From positions 16,475,875-16,539,874 of the forward strand of contig OZ037768.1 in the NCBI GenBank assembly GCA_964035545.1: 64,000 nucleotides of DNA, read 5' to 3'. Positions 1 to 11,327 of this stretch are shown here, one piece after another. Both the position numbers and the translations under genes were made by a program. The notes under the pieces are model-generated. The model searched no databases. It had not been told where the DNA came from and saw only the letters and a program-made list of their open reading frames with translations. Origin of the DNA: Bugula neritina. Its lineage: Eukaryota; Animalia; Bryozoa. Position 1 is the first letter of the stretch; every line of letters begins with the position of its first letter.

Positions 1-572
1 ATGAAGGTTCTTAGCCCACTTAAAATTCCTTACTGTCAGGATGTTTTTTGCAGATATAGTGAGTTTTTTATTTAAACTTGATAGGCACTAACAAATGCGC
101 AAAACCCTGAACTTATAAAAAATATAGAGAGAAAAATGACCCAACTAAACTCTTACTGTATATCATAACAAATACAGGAGATGACTTTTTAAAAATAATT
201 TGCTTAGGACAAACGCAGCCAGCCAGCTTTGTTTAGCATAAACTAACGCTATAATTAGTAAGTCAGTTCAATCATCACAAATCTTTACTTATTCCAAGGA
301 AAAGCATAGCATTTTTATCCACAATCTCCATTCTAATCAGTATCAGGAAAACAGCTAAATATATCTTCAAACTTTTCATTGGTTGCAACTGGACGACTTT
401 TTAACTGTTTTTATAAATAATTCAATTTTGAACATGAAGAAAAATTGTCCTCCTTTGAGTCCTTTTTAATTTAGCTAAAATATTTCTATGGTGCACAAGA
501 AAGCCCATAAAATAAGTATAGTTAGCAGCAAAGTGGCATAAAATCTTAGCATAGATAAGAATGTTAACTCAC

Positions 573-3500
573 ATCAACCCATTGAGTGACTCCAGCATAG
601 AGCAGGTCCGGAGTTGTCGCTTCTCGGGCAATAACGAAGGTCCTCACTCTAAACAGACTTTCCTCAAAACCAATGTTAGCAATTTTCTTCAGGTACAAAG
701 TTACTTTGTTGAATACAGCATCTCCATTAGCTGAAGTACATCCCATAGATTTGTATATTAGATTACTCAACTTGCTGAGATTTGAAAATTCAAACAAAAC
801 AATCGACCAACAACAAATATAAATATAATTGTTCTAGACCACACACATACACTGCTGATGCTGCCTTTTAACCATTTCAACTCATTCCAAGTCTTAAACA
901 TTTCAATAGAAACGGCAATGCAAAAATAATAAGGTGAAAGTCACCACTATGGTATATCAAAAACGCAATACACACCACCACGCAGTTTTCCTCTTTTAAA
1001 CTACCATTAACAGCAAAATTACTCAACTAAGAGAAATAAAAATGTCCGTATTCAAATAAATACCTTCAACTTCATCTTCTATGCCAGAGTAAGTAACGCT
1101 ATGGACATCAAGTAGCACTGTGTCATCAATATCAACCACTGTGGACTCTACTATCTTCATCAGAGTCACTGTAGCTGGTCCCCCCACATCAGCAACAGCA
1201 ACCTCAAACTACACAAAAGAGATCGCACTGTTTACCCGCTACATGCCTACGAAAATCTGAATAATGAATCCCTCCAATCAAAGGGGTATGGTACTTATTC
1301 ACATGTACTTGGTAAATCTTTACCAAAACAATCCAATGATGTCTTATTAAGCTAGATGAGTCAGAGCATTTCTGTACCAATGAGACTTACTGTAGCAATG
1401 AGACTTACTGTAGCAATGAGACTTACTGTAACAATGAGACTTACTGTAACAATGAGACTTACTGTAGCAATGAGACTTACTGTAGCAATGAGACTTACTG
1501 TAGCAATGAGACTTACTGTGGCAATGAGACTTGCTGTAGCAATGAGACTTACTGTAGCAATGAGACTTACTGTACCAATGAGACTTACTGTAGCAATGAG
1601 ACTTACTGTAGCAATGAGACTTACTGTAGCAATGAGACTTACTGTGGCAATGAGACTTACTGTAGCAATGAGACTTGCTGTAGCAATGAGACTTACTGTA
1701 GCAATGAGACTTACTGTACCAATGAGACTTACTGTAGCAATGAGACTTACTGTAGCAATGAGATTTACTGTAGCAATGAGACTTACTGTGGCAATGAGAC
1801 TTACTGTAGCAATGAGACTTGCTGTAGCAATGAGACTTACTGTAGCAATGAGACTTACTGTAGCAATGAGACTTACTGTACCAATGAGACTTACTGTAGC
1901 AATGAGACTTACTGTAGCAATGAGACTTACTGTAGCAATGAGACTTACTGTGGCAATGAGACTTACTGTAGCAATGAGACTTGCTGTAGCAATGAGACTT
2001 ACTGTAGCAATGAGACTTACTGTACCAATGAGACTTACTGTAGCAATGAGACTTACTGTAGCAATGAGATTTACTGTAGCAATGAGACTTACTGTAGCAA
2101 TGAGACTTACTGTGGCAATGAGACTTACTGTAGCAATGAGATTTACTGTAGCAATGAGACTTACTGTAGCAATGAGACTTACTGTGGCAATGAGACTTAC
2201 TGTAGCAATGAGACTTGCTGTAGCAATGAGACTTACTGTAGCAATGAGACTTACTGTACCAATGAGACTTACTGTACCAATGAGACTTACTGTAGCAATG
2301 AGACTTACTGTAGCAATGAGACTTACTGTGGCAATGAGACTTGCTGTAGCAATGAGACTTACTGTAGCAATGAGACTTACTGTAGCAATGAGACTTACTG
2401 TGGCAATGAGACTTACTGTAGCAATGAGACTTACTGTGGCAATGAGACTTACTGTAGCAATGAGACTTACTGTGGCAATGAGACTTACTGTAGCAATGAG
2501 ACTTACTGTGGCAATGAGACTTACTGTAGCAATGAGACTTACTGTAGCAATGAGACTTACTGCACCAATCAGACAATACTTATATGTGATAATTATATTA
2601 TTTTTTGTATCATAAAGTGCATTGCATTTGTTCCGTTAAACACACTTATATAACTAATACTGGGATTTAATTAGTTGATCTGCTGTGAAGTAATGTACCT
2701 TCAACACATCATAATACATAGTTGCTGGTAAGACAACTTCCAAGTCCATCACTGCAGCACTCTCCGAGTATATTTCAGCGTCTACTCCCATGACATTCAC
2801 CCATGTGAATGACGGCAGCTAAAATAAATTTGCTGTTGTTACAACATTGCATATAACGGCAGCTATATTAGTTACATGCACTTCTTTATAGATTTATAAG
2901 TGGTACATTTGAGATTTTACAGGATTTACTGGCTTATTTAAGTAAGGAATCATTGCGCCATAAGCCATAAAAATGCATTGCTATCTCTAAATAAGATGGC
3001 AAACATTAGTATTTAAACTACTGTAAAAATCAACAACCATATTTAGGTAGTTGAATCTTTTCACAATGATTGCATTGCTTTCCCAATACCACAAGTTTTA
3101 CATTTTAAAGTACACTTCTCAATAAAGATAACATGTATTCAATTCCCTGACATACTTGGTTAAATTATTAGATTGTTGATTAGGCACTGTTATAGGAAAT
3201 CATGTCAAGCAGTTGATACAAACACATTAAAATTTCACACTAATTTAACCAATTAAATATACATTTTTTACAGTCTATTAACAAATAAACTTTTCAATTT
3301 TTGCACCCATGTTGAATCTGTATTGACTGTAAATGAGAAGCACATTTTAAACAGCATATTTGTAAAGAGATTAGGATGCCAAGCACAGTACAACAAACAA
3401 TAGGTATGAGCACATTAACAGCAGTATTGAAGTTACAGTAAACTATGAGAACTCACTTGAGAGGCAGTGTACGTCACTGGATCACTGGAGACAGTAACAT

Positions 3501-6500
3501 GGGTGGAGGTCGTAAAGGAGACAGTATCGGAAACTGTAGTATTGAGATCCATTATAACCGTGCTGCCATTAGAGTAAACATCTCTCGCACTTTCCAGGAG
3601 TTCACATAATATTTCTATCTAAAAACATAACACCAGCTTTTTCGTAATATTTTCAGTCACTAGGGCTATATATATATTACCTGTATGACAATATCACTAG
3701 GGCTATATATCTTACCTGTATGACACTATCACTAGGGCTATATATCTCACCTGTATGACACTATCACTAGGGCTATTTCTTTGGCCAGTATTATCTAATC
3801 CTGCCAGATCTATTCTAGCTTTATTGAAAAGCTCACCATCCTGCAACACACCATACTTATTGTAATATACAGTAGACATTCAAAAATTTACTTGTAACCA
3901 TATGAAAGACATATAACCAAGTGAATGACTTGTAACCATGTGAGAGACTTATAACCAATTGAAAAACATTGAAAGTAAGTAAATGTGACACTTACCACAT
4001 CTGAACTATATTCAATATGTATGTCACGGCTGGATGCAAAACGGGGAAAGTTGAATCCAATAGCCGATACTCTGATTCTATTCAGTACAACAGTTACTGT
4101 GTTATCTAACACAGGTGATGTGGCCTCCACCTGAAAACACAATATACACAGTAGTATACACAATATATAAAATATATACAATATACAAAATATACACAAT
4201 ATACACAGTATATACAATATACACAAGGTACAACAGTAAATCACAATTTTGATTCTACAGTCTCGTATTTTATTTAAAAAGCATTGTATTTAGTCAAATG
4301 TTAATCTAATGCTCCACCATTTCTATTCTACTTGACAAACAGCAAATGATACACACACACACGCACGCACACATGCGCGCGCACGCGCGCACGCACGCAC
4401 ACACAAAAATAATCTCTATATTACGTAGAGCTATGAAGATATATTAGAGTATTATGAATAACACAAGCATCAATTTATATCAAATGAGTTATTCTTGTGA
4501 AACAAAACAAAGTGTGTATAAGAAAAAAGTACCTGAAGACTGAGGGTGCTGTCGGTGGGTATGAAAACCTCCATTAAGATGCCGAATCTACTTCCGAATG
4601 TCACAATATCCTTGCTTGGCGTGGCTGTCACCTCAATAGCAGTATCCTGTAATAAGCCAAGTATATAGCTAGTATTGTGTAGTATTGGTTATTTCAGAGT
4701 AGTGGAGTCAGAATATTCTAGAATAGCTGAATGATAGACTGATTCTACTTTAGAAAACCCCAGAAAATGGGTCATATAAAAGACATTAATAAAAGCTGTG
4801 GTAAGACTTGTGCAAATACTTCGTTGGCGTGGTACCGAGGATAACTTTAACAAAGTTGATTCTGGTACAGAGTATAACTTAAACTCTATTGATTGTAGCA
4901 CCAAGTATAACTTTTACACTCTGAGCCGAATAACTTTCAATATTTTAAAGATATAAACATAGCTAGATCGGTATACGCTGCAACTTGCTTTCCATGTAGA
5001 AGTTAGAAGCTAAGTTACTTTAAAATAATTCCTTCCACGAGTTTGTATAAGGGTCATTTTGCTTAATTTAGTACACACTGGAAATCTCCAGTTTTTAGCT
5101 ATTTTTCACAATTGAGCTGCTAATGAACATATTTTTTCCTCCAAAGACTAGTAAGATATCAATAAATACATCTATTATTAAGGTTCTTCTTAATTTTGCT
5201 TTATATCCCACGGTTTTTCCTATTTATTTAGCTAATTTGGATTGCGGACCGCTACGAAAAAACCGCAATGGTCTGCAATCAAAAGTAGCTGAATAATTAG
5301 GAAAAAACATGGAAAATCAAGCAAAATTAAAAAGAACCTTGATTATTTAGATGTGATTATTGATATTTTATTAGTTTTGGTAAAGAAACCCATGTTCATT
5401 AGCAGCTCAATTGTAAAAAATAGCTAAGAACTGGAGATTTCCAGTGTGTACTAAATTAAGTAAAAGGACTCATAAACATCCCTTACATTAAAGGAAGCAA
5501 AGTGCAGCACATTCGACCTAGACCACAGCTTCTGACTGCAAGAGAAACAGACCCACCGTGTCCAATGGTTGCTCAGCTGTAGGTTGAACCGACAGTATAG
5601 ACGTGAAGGATGTTTGCACGTCACATATTCCTCCTTTCCACACAACAAAGTTGATATCATAGGGGCTGGCTGAGATGCTGTCATTCAACATGCTTATAGC
5701 TACTTCAAAGACAATTGTGTTCTTTGAGAACTCATAGTCTTTAGTGTGATAACCTGCAAATTAATACATTTTATAAACTGTATGTTTTCTATTTTAATAT
5801 GATTGAGTATGACAGGCAATTATGAAGAATGCTAGAACAACTAACATAGAAATATAATTGAAATGTACGTCACAGAAAAGCAAACTGAGGCAACCCAGCT
5901 TTTGTACAATGAGGTGATGTTAACACTTAACCAATTATGCAAAACATCCACAAAAGAATCAATAACCAAATTATTATAGCCGACTAAAACAATAGAGAAA
6001 ATATATTGATTAATCATCAAATCATTAGTTACAATAAAAACGTCTGTAGTATATGTCACTATGTGATGGGGAAAACATATTTTACAGACATATGATCGAT
6101 ATGTAGCATTGGACGCATTTACCACAAACCGCTTTGAAAATATCTGCATTATAGAAACTACTAAATGCTGTGTTTATCAAAAGTAATAAAATTGTACGAA
6201 AGTATTGTAAACCAACAAAATATCTTATCTACTATTCTATCCTTAATTCGATCTTACAAAGAAATCATAAGCTTGTTAACTCCAGACATAAAAACAGTAA
6301 GTTTGTGAACCAATTATCAATTAAGAATAAGGAGAGAAATAGCAGCGGTCAAAGGGCAATTGAAATCACAAAAACCTTCGTTTGATTTTATTTACCTGAA
6401 TTAACAATTGCTCCGAGATCTAGTCTGGCTGCTATTCCATGACCTTCAAACGTCTGTCTAGTGAAGTTTACCGACGCGTCATGGACATTTCTCACATAAT

Positions 6501-9500
6501 TTTCACCTTCAAAGCAAAATTTCTTCAACAGTTATTCAATGAACATAAAACATATAAAGCTATTTTATTTAATTATAATGTCAGAATTAAGATGTTAAGA
6601 ATAAGTTGACTGTGGTGATACTTGAAAGTTTACAAGAGAAGTTATCTATTTCAACACACAACTAACCATAAAAAGTAGACATATCACCCATAGACTATGC
6701 AAGTACAGTGGCGGAAAAATCGAAATAGAACAAGTTCTTAAATTGTCTTTATGAACTTTAGTTCAGAATTTGGATTAAAATTATCACATAACTTATTTTG
6801 TTACATTTTTAACCTAGAACACAGGCTTTATCAACCTCTCGACTACTGCACTTCTTTTAAACTCTGTGCAGTGTTATAAGTAGTTCAAATAATGCTAGCA
6901 TTTTACTCATATATTCCCTATATAGTTCATCTTTGACAATAACGCAGTAGCTGCCATTAATACATGACCAATACACATACAGATTCCATGCAGTACACAC
7001 AGAGCTATCAACTGATTACTTATTGTATACCAGATGATTACACCACAATAACTCACAGTATATAAAAGCAGGTATTGCATACTAAGCCGGAAGCCATACT
7101 TACCAATGGTGGTGATAGAAATGCTGTCTATACTGAGAAACTCCGACTGAGGTTCAAGAATAAAGACATCAATGAAGAGGTCATAGTATTGGTCAAATAT
7201 CTGAGCAGTTACTTTCCAAACCCCTGTTTTACCAACACTTAGAGTATCCGGTCCTTCAGCCGAGAAGTAACTGTAGTCCCAGTTTGTCTGAAATAAATAA
7301 AACTCAATGCTACAGTTCATGTAACTACTCTGAGCGGATTCCAAATCTACTGCTGCTTGCTAAACCAAAAGGTCAAAACTTTTCCTTTTTTTTAAACAAG
7401 AGCTAATTGATCAGATGTGAAACTTTAAAACAAAGAGTAAACTTTAAATTGGTTTGAAAGAAGTAAGACCAAATTTATAATCAAGTGTAAAAAATTTATT
7501 GAACACTGAACAGAATAGGTAACAGTTTAATATAAAGTTATAAAGTTAAATATGAAATTAAGGCAATGGCTTCAATGGATTAGACTCATTAGTCTAACAG
7601 ATATTTAAAGGCAAATTCATGGCAACAATTTTGTGTGCAGTATTTTTTTTCTAGGATGCTTCAGTTAAATATAGTTCACAGTAGAAAACACACAATATTA
7701 CCGGATCTGAAGTTGTAGACCGATAGGTTAGCTCATCATGAGCGACTTGCATGGTGTAAGAGTTGAAGAGAGCACCCACACTAATAGTGTACACCTCTCC
7801 ATCTACAAGTCCTTCTCGCATCACTGCTACTGCGTCAAACAGTATTTCAATTTCATTTGCTGATGATATCTCCAAATCAGAAGCCGAATTGGTGATGGTG
7901 CCGAGATTGATAGTGACGGAGTCATACTACAGTACGACACAAACAATTCAACATTAGTCAGTTTTAGAAACTAAAAAATAGCTAACTGGTGCAAATCCAA
8001 TCGCACATTGAAATCTAGTCATTGAGAGGGATCAAAGATGTAAAATTTCGAGCACATTACAGTGTTGTTTAGCTGCTAGAAAAGATTGTTGACTGATTTT
8101 TGAAAAAGGTAGCTGGTGAACACAACACGAATACAAAACTGTTTAAATAATGTCAAACATTAAAGAGAATTAAACAGTTTATTATTTCCTCTGAGCTCTA
8201 CAACCAAAGTTTTAGTTCAAAGTATTACAGGAAGCATCAGTTAGACACATCAGCTAGTATGTATAGCTATGCACACAGCAGACAACATACTGCCCTATTT
8301 GCATGAGTGTATCAGCAGTAAACTCCAAGCCTTGCATGTAATTCCATATATAATTATCAAACAGATTTTTCACCTATAAAACATTAAGTATGTGATTGCA
8401 TATGCATAAGCAGTCTACTCACCCTGCCACTGTTGTACTTTGCATAATATGTAACTTCTGCAGTTTGAGAAGTGAAAGGCGCTAGGTTGCTTCCAATATG
8501 GTTGAATCTTACATTAGATATAACAAAGTATGGCAAACCACTGGTCTCAGAAAATATCTCAATCTAAAATAAAACTGGCATGTTACCAACTCAGCTTTAT
8601 TCATTTGATTTATAAAAATTTCTATTCAATTCTACTCTAAAAAATCAACAGGAAACTTCAGAAAACTTTAGGAGCAAAATTTTATTTCTATAAACTCATG
8701 TTTTTCAATTATATCCACTCTGACATAGCTTATAATATAATTGTAGCTTATTTATCATATTATTTATAATTAATTATCAACATATTAAGGCATGAGGCAT
8801 AAATTAGAAGAGAAACAAAAAGAGAAAAAAAGTGAAGTGTGGCATGTTGAAATAAAACAGACACACCTATATATACATTCATAAGTCACAATAAACTACT
8901 ACAGTCAAAAAGATGTGTTTGACAGACAACAATGGTGGTATAAAAGGAAAGAGTAAAATACCACGACATCTGTGTCTATAGCACTAGCACTGATTGTACA
9001 TCTGTATGATCGGAGAGATGCCACTTCAAACTCTGTGCTCTGCGGTGTTTCCAGTTTCATATCAAAAGCATGTGGTATTCCAGAGCCCACCTGAAACACA
9101 AGTGATATGCGAGAACATTACATAATTCTATTAAAACTTTAACTATATAATGCTAAAGATACTTGGACCTTTACAGCATCCAACCATCTACTCATGTGCT
9201 GTAAGGTTTAAAGCGTGGCAGAGTTTTGTTACCCTATAATTGAAATATATTACATACCTACAGGCTACAAATTCTTTAGAGTATATTACAACATGCTATT
9301 ACATCTGCATGCAATGCTGCTGCATGCTGCATGCAATTCAATAAAGATTTTTGTTACTTTGAATAACTTATAGCTTATAGAAATACAATTTAAATGAGGC
9401 CAATAACAGAAACAGTGCTGGGTAAGATAATAGAATATCTTAAACTAACATGTGATCGCTTGACTCTGTGTAGGTTTGTTTCATGAGGGACCGAAGAGTC

Positions 9501-10225
9501 ACTACCCCATGTCAAGTCTTTCACTGTCCGATATTTGGATTGAGTTGGCAGATGATTATTCCTGAAAGAATGAAAATTCATTGACACTATATTCATACAA
9601 CATTGCATACTTTAACTACTTTTCTATCTGTTACTTGACATTTTATAAATCTATATTTGATTGCCAACTGGAAATACTATGAGAGATTACAATTAGGTCT
9701 TGTACCTAGCATCAAGTATTGAAAACTCTGCTTCAACGTCCACCATTTCTGCAGCTTCATCAACCTAAAATAATATTTCAGAGTTTTGAAAAAAAATAGC
9801 ACAGCTTTTCACATAACAAAGCTCAATTTATCAAGTCATAGTATTTTGGTTGTCAATTTCTCTTCATCAGAGATCAATCTAACTATAGAACAAACTTTGA
9901 CTTTTAATCTGCAACCAAAATATTTATTTCATATAAAAACCAATTAGTAATTAAATGCAAAATGGGTGCACTACCTTTTTTCTGGTCCTGAAATTTTCAT
10001 CTGCTTTGTTCGCTGGAAATAAAATAAAGAGCCATTAGAAAATATATTAAAATGAAGTCATTATTCAATCTTAATAGGAAATTGAGTAAGCTACAACAGA
10101 AATATATTAATATTTTGTATTTAGATTCATTATTGAGAAATATAATTTAGTGTATTGAGAGATAACTTACCTTGAATGAAAACTAACAGAACTAGAGAGA
10201 ACGTTACAGCTATATGTGTCGCCAT
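573..10225 (-). CDS. Large secreted protein with tandem ~160-aa beta-rich repeats and a furin-cleaved propeptide (3'-partial; continues past the left edge)
   Basis: 17 GT-AG exons in consistent phase: 10171-10225, 9975-10012, 9706-9764, 9450-9561, 8962-9090, 8423-8563, 7702-7926, 7104-7287, 6396-6506, 5557-5753, 4533-4646, 3996-4130, 3751-3840, 3457-3618, 2699-2818, 1064-1208, 573-730 (725 codons, no stop). Starts MATHIAVTFSLVLLVFIQA (signal-peptide-like) and has HRVKRS. Recurrent motifs IGSN/IGEN/IGFN and INLGTITNS/LDLGAIVNSG/IDLAGLDNTG/LYLKKIANIG. Confidence 0.85.
1372..2569. repeat. 18-bp minisatellite (GTAGCAATGAGACTTACT)n, ~66 copies, intronic
   Basis: Direct tandem array with recurrent single-base variants (gtac, gtgg, ttgc, gatt). 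It lies in the intron between exons 2699-2818 and 1064-1208 and explains the 409-aa and 419-aa repetitive ORFs. Confidence 0.98.
3657..3775. repeat. 35-bp tandem repeat (~3.4 copies) spanning an exon end and its splice donor
   Basis: Unit tcactagggctatatatc(t/c)tacctgtatgacacta; minus-strand CAG|GT donors at 3750, 3715 and 3680. Confidence 0.9.
4138..4235. repeat. Degenerate AATATACAC-type tandem repeat
   Basis: Repeated aatatacac/aatatataa units immediately upstream of the acceptor at 4131. Confidence 0.7.
4351..4404. repeat. (CA)n/(CG)n microsatellite
   Basis: acacacacacacgcacgcacacatgcgcgcgcacgcgcgcacgcacgcacacac. Confidence 0.85.
5051..5471. mobile_element. ~420-bp foldback/MITE-like palindromic element
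   Basis: Left arm gggtcattttgcttaatttagtacacactggaaatctccagtttttagct... is the reverse complement of right arm ...agctaagaactggagatttccagtgtgtactaaattaagtaaaaggactc. Imperfect pairing continues to a centre near 5255. No ORF. Confidence 0.8.
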
Positions 10226-11327
10226 TTTCTTTTCTCGTCAGCGGATAGCTGGATGCGACTTGGGGTGACAAAGATGGAAGGATTATGTTAGGAAAATCAA
10301 TGTGTACACAATGAATGTACAAAATGTGACACCTCAACCTAATTGATTACAGAGGCAACACAAAAGCGAATCATTGATTAATCTTAGACAAATGTTCATT
10401 TAGATTTTAGACAATATTTTGTTGCATTTTACTCAGATCACTCATGGAGAATATAACTCCCAAAATGATACATCTAGTGTATCATTTATCTCTATTAGCA
10501 ATTGCAGAGAATCTATTGCAAGATTATGATTAAATAGTGAGTCATAATTAGCAATTGGAGTAGACTTGGTACTGCTTAATATGGGTAATGCAATAAACAC
10601 AACCAATTCCTTCATAAATATCAAAAACATTTTATTTGCTGCATAAATAGAATAAATCACAATTCATTTGGACTGAATTTCAACAAAATAAAATAATATG
10701 TTTCATTATTAGTAGAGATTTTTTAATAATATATGGCTTAAATTATATAATCATTGTAGTAAATCGTGTTTATTGCCATTAAAATAAATTATTTTCGCTA
10801 AAAGAAGCTTATTAAAAAAATATTTATAGAACATGAGCATTGAGAATTTCATATTTGAGCAAAAAGCAATTTTCAACCAAACTGCGGAACAAAGACCACT
10901 GTTTCAATATAACATTCACTAGCAGATCAACCACCATTTTATGCAAAGACATATTGCTATACATTACAAACGTGGGAAGAGAGGGAGCTATCACAGTCAT
11001 CCAGTCTCAACAGAATCCCTACAACAAAAGTTTTTTCAACGAAATGGACAAAACTATCATATAACAAATGCAACTGTCAAAATACGACAAACATATAAAA
11101 TAAAAATTAACAAGGTGGTTGCTGGATGAATAAAAATATACAGTAAAACAGCGAAGATTGTGGAAGAACAAGGATCAATTTAAAACATACAACCTATGTG
11201 CTTAGTCTTGGTACATGGCAGAAGCATGAAATTCATACTATATTTTGCTTTGAAAATTTCTGGTAATTTATGTATCACTTTGTGTTAAAAAATCATTTAC
11301 TTGTAAATGCTGGCTTGTTGCTTTAGT

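Noticed and set aside
1347-2615. 409-aa (SKSHCY)n and 419-aa (MRLTVA)n ORFs; CRISPR-like appearance
   Set aside because: Products of an 18-bp tandem repeat within an intron; no unique spacers and no cas genes; eukaryotic context.
9848-9880. Minus-strand CTGATGA-aga-GAAA hammerhead-like core; also CTGATGA at ~62039
   Set aside because: No room for stem II in the first, no correctly placed GAAA in the second, and no supporting stems I/III.
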